From contig CAMTUU010000003.1 of NCBI GenBank assembly GCA_947085045.1, forward strand, positions 42,013 to 106,012: a stretch of 64,000 nt of DNA. Direction: 5' to 3'. Both the position numbers and the translations under genes were made by a program. The notes under the pieces were generated by a model. That model was given only the letters and a program-made list of their open reading frames with translations, ran no database searches and had not been told where the DNA came from. Position 1 is the first letter of the stretch. Each line of letters begins with the position of its first letter. Shown piece by piece: positions 1-9,900 of this stretch. This DNA comes from an uncultured Microbacteriaceae bacterium (GTDB lineage: Bacteria > Actinomycetota > Actinomycetes > Actinomycetales > Microbacteriaceae).

Positions 1-2254
<2,254 letters not shown>

Positions 2255-2330
2255 TCTGAACTCCTGTGGACGCCGGTCGGAAGGCGTCGATACATCCGAG
2301 GGTAACGACGCGGCCTCGCGAAAACTCCCG

Positions 2331-2348
2331 TGTTCGCTCACGGCTCAG
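2331..2348. promoter_or_regulatory. Candidate ClgR-type box upstream of clpC
   Basis: TGTTCGCTCACGGCTCAG lies 77-94 nt upstream of the clpC start. It matches the left half and spacing of the GTTCGC-N5-GCG type motif, but the right half is imperfect (GCT). Confidence 0.25.
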
Positions 2349-2379
2349 CGGGAGCTTGACGGGAGGCGTGCGACTGTGT

Positions 2380-2412
2380 TTATCGTAGATCGATAACAAC
2401 GACAATCGATAA
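2380..2412 (+). promoter_or_regulatory. AT-rich repeat cluster, candidate operator of the DUF2975/HTH operon
   Basis: Inverted repeat TTATCG (2380-2385) / CGATAA (2391-2396) plus direct repeat ATCGATAA (2389-2396 and 2405-2412). The second copy overlaps the AAGGAG Shine-Dalgarno of the first gene. Confidence 0.35.
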
Positions 2413-2422
2413 GGAGATACCG

Positions 2423-3043
2423 ATGTCTTCCTCCACCGCCTCCGCATCCACCCTGTCCAAGTGGGATGACGGCGCGCTCAAGTTCGGCATCGTCATGGGC
2501 GCCGCCGCTGCCGTCTGGACGGTCGTCCGGGCGGTGCAGAACATCATCCGGATCGCCCCGAACCGCGACGTCCCCGTGACGGCCGCGTTCGCCGACTCGA
2601 CCGCCTCGATGCCGATCGGACCCGGCGGCGCCGAGGTCGAGGTCATCCCGACCCAGGTGGTGCTCTCGGTGAGCGACATGCCTGGCATCACCCTCTGGTC
2701 GCTCATCCTCGCCGAGGTCGTCTACGCGCTGGCGGTCGTCACCGTGATCGCGTTGGTCTGCCTCGTCATCCGCAACGTGACCACCGGCCGGGCGTTCGCG
2801 CCGCAGACCGTCGGCTACATCGGCACGGCGACGATCGTCGTCGGGGTCGGCTGGATCCTCACCTGGCTGTTCCGCACGATGGGGGCCAACGGCGGCGCGG
2901 CCACGCTCGCGGGCGGGTCGCCGGTCAATACCGCCTTCGAGATCCAGCCCGTCGTGATCTTCGCGATCGCCTCGATGGGGGTGCTCGCCGTGGCGTTCCA
3001 GATCGGCGGCAAGCTGCAGCGCGAGAACGAGGGGCTCGTCTGA
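2423..3043 (+). CDS. DUF2975-like membrane protein, paralog 1
   Basis: 206 aa with about four TM helices and an AAGGAG SD 6 nt upstream. The C-terminal tail KLQRENEGLV is shared with the next two genes, and the stop overlaps the next start (GTCTGATG). Confidence 0.8.
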   Translation: MSSSTASASTLSKWDDGALKFGIVMGAAAAVWTVVRAVQNIIRIAPNRDVPVTAAFADSTASMPIGPGGAEVEVIPTQVVLSVSDMPGITLWSLILAEVVYALAVVTVIALVCLVIRNVTTGRAFAPQTVGYIGTATIVVGVGWILTWLFRTMGANGGAATLAGGSPVNTAFEIQPVVIFAIASMGVLAVAFQIGGKLQRENEGLV

Positions 3044-3666
3044 TGCCCGGCGTACTCCAGAGCCGCGCGAACCGGACGCTCGGACTCGCCGAGAAGACCA
3101 TCCTCGGCTTCATCGCCGGAGCTGCCGCGGCGATCGCGATCATCGACCTGGTGCTGCTCGTGCCGCGGATCGTCGACCTGGTGACCTCGGGCCCGACGAC
3201 CCTGATCGGGGCGACCCTCACTCGGCCGCTCGAGCCGGAGTTCGCCTCCCCCGACGTCACCGGCGCCGTCGCACGAACCGCCGATGTCACGGTGAGCACG
3301 CTCCCCGGGGGCGCGGTCGCCGCCCTCATCGCGGCCGCGATCGTGACGTCGCTGCTCACGATCGGTATCTGCCTCGTCGTCGCCTGGCTGTGCCTGCGCG
3401 TGTTCCTCGGCAAGCCGTTCGTGCGCTCGGCGACCTGGGGCATCGGGGCAGCCGCCATCCTGGTTCTGCTCGGCGGGCTCGGCGGCCCCCTGCTCACCGG
3501 GATCGCCTACGCCGAGACCGCGTCGGCGCTCGACCTCCCCGAGCTCGAGCCGTTCGTGGTCACGATCGACCTGGCGCCGCTCGGCTGGACGTTCGCCCTC
3601 GCGGTCGTCGCCGCCGCGTTCGAGATCGGTCAGCGCCTGCAGCGCGACACCGAGGCGCTCGTCTGA
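3043..3666 (+). CDS. DUF2975-like membrane protein, paralog 2
   Basis: 207 aa multi-TM protein with C-terminal RLQRDTEALV. It has TGATG 1-nt overlaps at both ends. Confidence 0.8.
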   Translation: MPGVLQSRANRTLGLAEKTILGFIAGAAAAIAIIDLVLLVPRIVDLVTSGPTTLIGATLTRPLEPEFASPDVTGAVARTADVTVSTLPGGAVAALIAAAIVTSLLTIGICLVVAWLCLRVFLGKPFVRSATWGIGAAAILVLLGGLGGPLLTGIAYAETASALDLPELEPFVVTIDLAPLGWTFALAVVAAAFEIGQRLQRDTEALV

Positions 3667-4256
3667 TGGCCACGACGACGCCTGTCGCTGTCGACAGCTC
3701 GCAGCGCACCGCGTTCGCCGTCATCGCCGGGATGGCGGGGGTACTCGGTCTGGTGCTCGTCATCGACGGGATCTGGCGCACGATCGCGCTCGCCGTCGGG
3801 GCGGGACCGGTCGCACTTCTCGCGCGCGGCGACCTGCCGGGTGCCGACGCCCGCATCACGACGGCGACGGTCCTCTCGTCGGACGTGGGCGAGTCGAGCC
3901 GCGCCTTCCTCGTCGGCGGTTCGGCCCTGGGGTTGCTCGTCACCGCGGCCACCTACGGCGCGATCATCGTGTTCCTGGTGCTGGCCGCCCGCGGAACCCC
4001 CTTCCACCGGCTCCTCTACCCGGTCGCCTTCGCGGCCGGGTCGGTGATGACCTTCGGCGGCCTCGCCGCGTCGGCGGTCTCCGGCGTCGGCAGGGTCCAG
4101 GCCGCCGATCACCTCGGCGCCGTGCCCGACGGCCCCTTCGAGGCGGCGTTCACGATCGCCCCCGGAGAGTGGTCGTTCGGCGTCGTCGTGCTGGTCGCCG
4201 CCTTCGTCATCCGGATCGGCCAACGTCTGCAGCGCGACTCCGAAGGACTGGTCTGA
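3666..4256 (+). CDS. DUF2975-like membrane protein, paralog 3
   Basis: Start taken at the ATG in the GTCTGATG junction (MATTTPVAVDSSQRTAF...), giving 196 aa, multi-TM, C-terminal RLQRDSEGLV. The longer track ORF from 3390 runs through paralog 2 in another frame. Confidence 0.75.
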   Translation: MATTTPVAVDSSQRTAFAVIAGMAGVLGLVLVIDGIWRTIALAVGAGPVALLARGDLPGADARITTATVLSSDVGESSRAFLVGGSALGLLVTAATYGAIIVFLVLAARGTPFHRLLYPVAFAAGSVMTFGGLAASAVSGVGRVQAADHLGAVPDGPFEAAFTIAPGEWSFGVVVLVAAFVIRIGQRLQRDSEGLV

Positions 4257-4480
4257 TGCCCCCCGACGAGGACGCCGGACGCATCCACTGCCGTCTCGAC
4301 GAGCTGCTCGCCGAGCGCGGGATGACGCTGACGAAGCTGTCGGAGCTGGTGGGGGTGAGCCTGGTGAACCTGTCGGTGCTGAAGAACGACCGGGCCCGCG
4401 CCATCCGCTTCTCCACTCTCACCGCCCTCTGCGACGCCCTCCAGTGCGAGGTGGGCGAGCTGCTGGTGGTGCGCCCGTAG
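4256..4480 (+). CDS. Small XRE/Cro-type HTH transcriptional regulator (YozG-like)
   Basis: 74 aa, MPPDEDAGRIHCRLDELLAERGMTLTKLSELVGVSLVNLSVLKNDRARAIRFSTLTALCDALQCEVGELL. This is a typical HTH_26/YozG pattern, and the start sits in the third GTCTGATG junction. Confidence 0.85.
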   Translation: MPPDEDAGRIHCRLDELLAERGMTLTKLSELVGVSLVNLSVLKNDRARAIRFSTLTALCDALQCEVGELLVVRP

Positions 4481-4516
4481 CATTCGGGCACGGCGCTGCT
4501 CGACGCTCGGCCGGAC

Positions 4517-4783
4517 TCACCCCGCGGGGGCGGTGCCCGGATTCGTCGCGCGGCCGTCGAGCCAGAGCATGTTCGACGGGTCGCTGTGGGCGGTGCCGGT
4601 GCCGACGTGCGTGTCGGAGATCTGGGCACCCTTCGTGATGACCTGCACGAGCGCCATGCCGTGCCCGCGGCCGGGCCCGTAGTCGGCGGCGGACGCGAGG
4701 AACTGCCGCGGGGTGAGCCCCGTCTTCTCCTCGATGTTGTCGAGGTACTCCTGGAACGTCGTGCCGCCGAGGGTAGTCCGCGC
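4517..4783 (-). pseudogene. DUF4287-like ORF without a canonical start codon
   Basis: Open frame of 88 codons reading ..TTFQEYLDNIEEKTGLTPRQFLASAADYGPGRGHGMALVQVITKGAQISDTHVG... Where the family has M-S/T-F-Q this frame has ACG-ACG-TTC-CAG. An in-frame TAG lies 8 codons upstream and no ATG/GTG/TTG lies between. The only internal ATG leaves 38 aa. Confidence 0.45.
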
Positions 4784-4797
4784 CTACGATTCCGAAG

Positions 4798-5772
4798 GTG
4801 AGCAACCTGGAGGCCGACCCGGCGGAGACGGTGTGCGTCACCGACCCGGCGGCGGAGGGCGTCGAGATCCTCGAACCCCGGGAGGTGCCGCTCGGGGGGC
4901 CGCGCGCGTTGCCCGTGCGCCGGACCCTCCCGCAGCGGGCGCGCAGCCTGGTGGGCGCGTGGTGCTTCGTCGACTCCTACGGTCCGGTGCCGGGCGATCG
5001 CGCGGGCACGATGGACGTGCCGCCGCATCCGCACACGGGGCTGCAGACCGTGAGCTGGCTCTATGCCGGCGAGATCGAGCACCGCGACTCGGCCGGCAGC
5101 CATGCGCTCATCCAACCCGGTGAGGTGAATCTGATGACGGCCGGCGCGGGCATCCAGCACTCGGAGGTCTCGACGGGCGCCGCGTCGTCGTTGCACGGCG
5201 TTCAGCTGTGGGTCGCCCTGCCCGAACGGTCGCGGCACGTCGCCCCGTTCTTCGAGTCGTTCGCGCCGCTGCCGATCACGGTCGGCGACGCGGTCCTTCG
5301 GGTGTTCGTCGGCTCGCTCGCCGTAGCTTCGAGCCCCGTCTCCGCGTTCACCGGCCTCGTCGGCGCGCAGGTCGACCTGCCGGCGGGCGGGGTCGTCGAA
5401 CTCGCGGTCGACCCCGCCCACGAGCACGGCTTCGTGGTGGATGCCGGCGAGCCCCGGCTGAACGGGGTGCCGGTTCCCGCCGACCGCCTCGGGGTGGTCC
5501 CCGCGGGGCCCGGCGTCGTGCGGCTCGAGGCGGGCGCCGCCCCCGTGCGCGGCCTGCTGATCGGCGGCGAGCCGCTCGGCGAACCGATCGTCATGTGGTG
5601 GAACTTCGTCGGCCGCAGCCACGAGGAGGTCGTCGCGTTCCGCGCGCAGTGGCAGGCCGAGGTGATCGGCGGTGCGGATGCTGACGGCCGATTCGGGCAC
5701 GTCGACGGCTACCCGGGCGGGGCGCTGCCGGCCCCCGCGCTGCCGAACGTGAGACTGCACCCGCGCGCCTGA
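4798..5772 (+). CDS. Pirin family protein
   Basis: 324 aa; contains RTLPQR..VGAWCFVDSYGP...PHPHTGLQTVSWLYAGEIEHRDSAGSH..IQPGEVNLMTAGAGIQHSE, i.e. the pirin N-terminal cupin motifs. Confidence 0.9.
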   Translation: MSNLEADPAETVCVTDPAAEGVEILEPREVPLGGPRALPVRRTLPQRARSLVGAWCFVDSYGPVPGDRAGTMDVPPHPHTGLQTVSWLYAGEIEHRDSAGSHALIQPGEVNLMTAGAGIQHSEVSTGAASSLHGVQLWVALPERSRHVAPFFESFAPLPITVGDAVLRVFVGSLAVASSPVSAFTGLVGAQVDLPAGGVVELAVDPAHEHGFVVDAGEPRLNGVPVPADRLGVVPAGPGVVRLEAGAAPVRGLLIGGEPLGEPIVMWWNFVGRSHEEVVAFRAQWQAEVIGGADADGRFGHVDGYPGGALPAPALPNVRLHPRA

Positions 5773-5782
5773 CCGGCGAGCC

Positions 5783-5807
5783 GGACGGCTAGGAGCCGGA
5801 GCCGTCC
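5783..5807. terminator. Hairpin between convergent pirin gene and small membrane ORF
   Basis: GGACGGCT-N9-AGCCGTCC (8-bp stem) followed by TTCTG on the + strand. It overlaps the stop of the minus-strand ORF. Confidence 0.3.
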
Positions 5808-5974
5808 TTCTGCGCGGCGCGCTTCGCGCGCTCTTCGGCCTCTACTCGCGCCGCGACCTTGCGCTCCGCACTGTCGGATCCGATGATCGAGCGGAACACG
5901 AACCAGAACAGCACGCCGAACAGCACCGTGGGCACGAGCGAGAAGATCGCGTTACCCCAGAAGTCTTGCGGCAT
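5789..5974 (-). CDS. Small single-pass membrane protein (61 aa)
   Basis: MPQDFWGNAIFSLVPTVLFGVLFWFVFRSIIG has one TM helix followed by a charged Lys/Glu/Ala tail. Third-position GC is high. Confidence 0.55.
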   Translation of the reverse strand: MPQDFWGNAIFSLVPTVLFGVLFWFVFRSIIGSDSAERKVAARVEAEERAKRAAQKDGSGS

Positions 5975-5995
5975 GGTCCCAGCGTAACCCGCGAG

Positions 5996-6082
5996 TCAGC
6001 GCGTGAAGAACGCGGCGGCGACCACCCCGAGGATGACGACCAGCCCGGCGATCGCCACGATCCGGGAGGTGCGGCGGTCCAT
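5996..6082 (-). CDS. Candidate 28-aa hydrophobic peptide
   Basis: MDRRTSRIVAIAGLVVILGVVAAAFFTR. All 27 codons after the ATG end in G/C. The ATG shares one base with the stop of the upstream candidate peptide (TGATG). It is not in the ORF track because of size. Confidence 0.4.
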   Translation of the reverse strand: MDRRTSRIVAIAGLVVILGVVAAAFFTR

Positions 6083-6222
6083 CAGCCTTTCGCGATCATG
6101 CCGACGATGCCGCTGACGAGGAGGAAGATGCCGATGCCGCCGACGACGATCCACGTCGTGACGCGGGGCGGTGTGATCCGCCGTCCCGGATCGGGCTCGC
6201 GCGGAGGGGGCGTCGACGTCAC
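6082..6222 (-). CDS. Candidate 46-aa single-pass membrane peptide
   Basis: GTG start; VTSTPPPREPDPGRRITPPRVTTWIVVGGIGIFLLVSGIVGMIAKG. 41 of 46 codons end in G/C. It begins 24 nt after the stop of the 178-aa anchored protein. Confidence 0.35.
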   Translation of the reverse strand: MTSTPPPREPDPGRRITPPRVTTWIVVGGIGIFLLVSGIVGMIAKG

Positions 6223-6246
6223 CTCAGCACGGTAGCAGCGCGGGCG

Positions 6247-6783
6247 TCAGGCATCCTGTTCGCGACGGAGCCGCGACTGGATGGCGACGGCCGCCAGGAA
6301 CACGATCGAGAAGCCCAGCGCCCCGCCGATCCAGACGCCGCCCGGGAGCGCCTCCGACCCGGATCGCGCGGACGCGGCAGCCACGACCGGCTCGTCGGGG
6401 AGCGGGAGGGTCTGAAGCTGGAGATCCGCGAAGAAGGTCGCCGGCAGCGACCACGCGCCGTCGGGCAGCACGCGCACCTGCCAGACGTAGGAACCGCTCG
6501 CGACCTCGATCGGCACCGACGTGCCGGAGACGGTGGCCGTGCCCGCGTCGTCGCCCGCGTCGGTCGCCCAGCTCACCTCGTAACCCTGGGGGGCGTCGAC
6601 CGCGGTCCACTCCAGAACGACCGGGCCGGGACCGAGCACAGTCGCCTCCTCCGGCGCGACGGCGACGGGGACGTCCGAGGGTCCGGATGCCGACGCCGCG
6701 TTCGGCACCGCGATGCCCCCGGCCGCGCCGAGCGCGATCGCGAGCGCGATCACGGGGAGGAGCCGTCGGGCGGATCGGGGCAC
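6247..6783 (-). CDS. Secreted single FN3-like domain protein with C-terminal TM anchor (178 aa)
   Basis: Signal peptide MPRSARRLLPVIALAIALGAAGGIAVPNAASA; one module ending YVWQVRVLPDGAWSLP; C-terminus ALPGGVWIGGALGFSIVFLAAVAIQSRLRREQDA. Confidence 0.75.
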   Translation of the reverse strand: MPRSARRLLPVIALAIALGAAGGIAVPNAASASGPSDVPVAVAPEEATVLGPGPVVLEWTAVDAPQGYEVSWATDAGDDAGTATVSGTSVPIEVASGSYVWQVRVLPDGAWSLPATFFADLQLQTLPLPDEPVVAAASARSGSEALPGGVWIGGALGFSIVFLAAVAIQSRLRREQDA

Positions 6784-6827
6784 GGGGAAGTCCGGGGGTT
6801 CGGGGGGGCGGGTCCGCGCTGGGGGGG
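6784..6827 (+). other. Cluster of five G-runs (C-runs on the sense strand) directly upstream of the 178-aa gene
   Basis: G4 6784-6787, G5 6794-6798, G7 6802-6808, G3 6810-6812, G7 6821-6827, with loops of 1-8 nt. Confidence 0.6.
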
Positions 6828-6886
6828 AGCACGGCGTGATTCCAAGCTACCCAGCGGGTGACGGGCGCACATCCCCCGGGGACGGC

Positions 6887-6917
6887 GCGACGGGCCCCCA
6901 CTTCGGGGGCCCGTCGC
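6887..6917 (-). terminator. Perfect 13-bp GC hairpin between the large and small surface-protein genes
   Basis: GCGACGGGCCCCC-ACTTC-GGGGGCCCGTCGC, 23 nt after the stop of the 1299-aa gene. There is no U-tract. Confidence 0.45.
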
Positions 6918-6939
6918 ATCCGTTCGGGGTGGGAGCCGG

Positions 6940-9900
6940 TCAGGCCTCCTGGCTGCGGCGGCGCAGCCAGGCGAGGAAGACGCCTACCAGCACCAGCAAC
7001 GCGACGAAGATCGCGATGAGCAGCCAGAGCAGTCCCGCATCGAATCCGGTGGGCTGGGTGGCGGCCACCGTCTCGGGGACGGCCTTCGCGTCGTCAGTCG
7101 ACGGGGTCGGCGTGTCGTCCGAGGTGCTCGCCGGCGATTCGTCGTCGAGGGCGAACGTCGTCAGCTGCGCGCCGCCGGTCGTCGTCGTCGCGCCGCGTGC
7201 CGCCGGGCCCGCCGGAGCCGAGCCGGACGGAGCCGAGCCCGCCGGGGCCTCGCCCTCCGGGGACTCCTCCTCCGGGGATCCGGTCGGCAGATCCGCGTCG
7301 GCAGCCACCGTCACGGTGAACGGGACCGCCCAGGGGCCGACGTTGCCGGCGGCGTCGGTCGCCCGCACCTGCCAGTAGTAGACATCGTCCGGCACTCCGA
7401 CGAGCGCCAGGGTGCTGTCCGTCTGGGTGACCGTGTCGATCAGCGCGAGCAGCTCGTTCGTCGACGGGTCGGTGGCGGGCGACGAGCTCGACTGGATGTC
7501 GTAGCGCATTCCAGTGCCGGACTCCGACGCCGACCAGGTGAGCGAGAAGTCGCGCGTGAGCAGCGTCGCGCCGTCGGCCGGGCTGAGCAGCGTCACGTTC
7601 GGCGCCGAGGTGTCGATCCCGGTGGCCCAGATGCTCGACCACGGACCCACGTTGCCGAGCGCGTCGAGGGCCCGCACCTGCCACCAGAGCCGGCCGTCGG
7701 CCTCTGTGCCGAGCTGGTACTCGGTGTCGGTCACGCCGGTGTAGGTCGAGACGACTCCGTTCAGCTGGTTGTCGGTCAGGCCGTCGGCCGGATCGACCGG
7801 CGTGCGGCTCGGCCCGCGGCTCGTGCGCACCTCGTAGCTGACGGGGTTGGTGAGGGCGTCGGTCACCGGCTGCCAGTCGAGCAGCGGCGTCGCGTTCGCC
7901 TGCATCCGCCCGTTCTCCGGGTGGAAGGGCTGCGGCGCGGCCGGACCGGTGCGATCGACGACGAACTGCGCCGTGACCGTGCGGTTGTTGCCCGCCAGGT
8001 CGAACCCGCCCGCGCGCACCGTGTACGTGCCGTCGGCCGTGAACCACGAGATCGGGATCGTCCAGGTCGCGCTCATCGTCGTCGCGCCGGGCGTCGCCGT
8101 CGCGGTGCCGATCGGGCGCAGCGTCGGGCTCGCGTTCGCGGCGTTGTAAAGGTTGGCACCGAGAGACGCGATGCCGTCCGGGTCCAGTCCCGTCACCGTC
8201 ACCGTCACGTCGGTGTTGAAGGCCGTGCCGGGGGCCGGCACGTCGATCGTCACCGTCGGGCGGGTGCGGTCGATCACGATCGAGATCGAGGTCGCCGTCG
8301 TCTTGCCGGCAGCGTCGGTCGCCGACGCCCTGATGACGTAGGCGCCCTCGGCGAGACCGGCCGGAATGTTCCAGGTGCGCGTCGCCGACTGGCCGATCGC
8401 GCCGTTCGGAGCCGTCGAGCCGATCGGGCGGATGAACGTCGAGCCGTCTGCCTCGTAGAGGTTGGCGACGAGCCGGCTGACACCCGAGGCATCCGCACCC
8501 GTGATGGTCACCGGGATCGCGGCGTCGCCCTTCAGACGGGCGCCGTCAGCCGGGGTGTCGATCGTGATCGTCGGCTTCGCGGTGTCCCGCAGGTACGAGA
8601 CGGTGTTGCTCCACGGCCCGACGGTCGAGCCGCCGATGGGGATGTTGTAGATCGCCCGGACCCGGATCGTCACGGGACCCTCGTAGCCCGACGTGAACGA
8701 CTGCGTTCGGGTCACGAGGTCACCGGTCCAGTTGTTCGTACCAGCAGCCTCACGGTACTCGTAGGCGAGTGTGCCGTCGTGGTCGCGATCGAGGCCGTAC
8801 TCGATCTCGTAGCGTGCCACGCCGCCGACGCCGAAGGACGGGGTCCATTGCGCGGTCAGGGTCGAGCTCGAGAACTGCAGCGCGGGCGTGGGGAAGACGA
8901 TCTCGGGAACGCCGATGACCTGGGCCCCGGTCGGGGTGCTCCACGCCGAGGCGTTGCCAAGGGAGTCGATCGCGCGCACCTGCCACTGCAGCGGGCCGGT
9001 CGGGAAGTCGAAGTCCTGCGACGTCAGCTTCGCGTCGGTGAGCGCGACCACGACGCCGTCGTTGAGACGTCCGTTGGTCGTGTTCGGGTGCGAGCCCAGC
9101 AGCACCTCGTAGGTGACGGGACCGTGGTCATCCGTCACTGCGGACCACGCGAAGTAGTCGGCGGTGAGCGTGAACCCCGCCGGGAAGGTCGGGCTCGGCA
9201 CGGCCGGAGCCGTGGTGTCGACGGTCACGAAAGCGACCTCCGACCACGGGCCGGGGGCGCCGGACGAGTCGAGACCGCGCACCTGCCAATACCACGAGCC
9301 GTCCGGCAGCGGGTTGCCGCCGAGAACGCAGGTGGTCGTGCCGGGCAGCGGGTTGCAGTCGAAGTCGCCGTAGACCGTCGAGCCGGCCAGCGCCGCCTCG
9401 GTCGCCGCGATCCGGGTCTGGTACTTCACGGCGTTGAGCGCCGGCTCCCAGGTCGCCGGGTCGCCGTCGTGGGCGATCAGGCCGACCGGCGCGAGGTCGG
9501 TCGGAGCCGCGGTCACCGGGAGCACGACCGGCGGCGTCGCCGCGAACGTGAACGTGGTGCACGCGACGGTCGCGCTGCTGAACGTCGTGGTGCGGGGCGC
9601 AAAACGCCCCGCTCCGATGCCGATCTCGCGGATCTTCGCCTTCGGGAAGGCGGTGAGCCACTCCTGCGCGGTGCCGGCGTACTTGTTATTGAGGCCGCCC
9701 CTGAGCGCCGCGGCGGCAGGTCGGGCGTCGAGCCAGGCCTGGGTGCCTCCGTTGACGTCGCCGTCAGCGGTCCATTCGTAGACGCCGTCGCTATAGAACC
9801 CGCCGTCGATCGTGCCGTTGCCGTCGAAGTCGACGGTGGCCTGCAAGGAACCGCCAGTCGAGGCCAATGCCCCCGCGTTGAGGTACGCGAGTCCGACGTT

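Noticed and set aside
7276-7290. LPTGS in the large surface protein (..DADLPTGSPEEE..), resembling an LPXTG sortase motif.
   Set aside because: It lies about 100 residues upstream of the only C-terminal hydrophobic helix, not immediately before it. The geometry of a sortase sorting signal is therefore not met, and this is most likely a chance match in a Pro/Ser/Glu-rich stalk.
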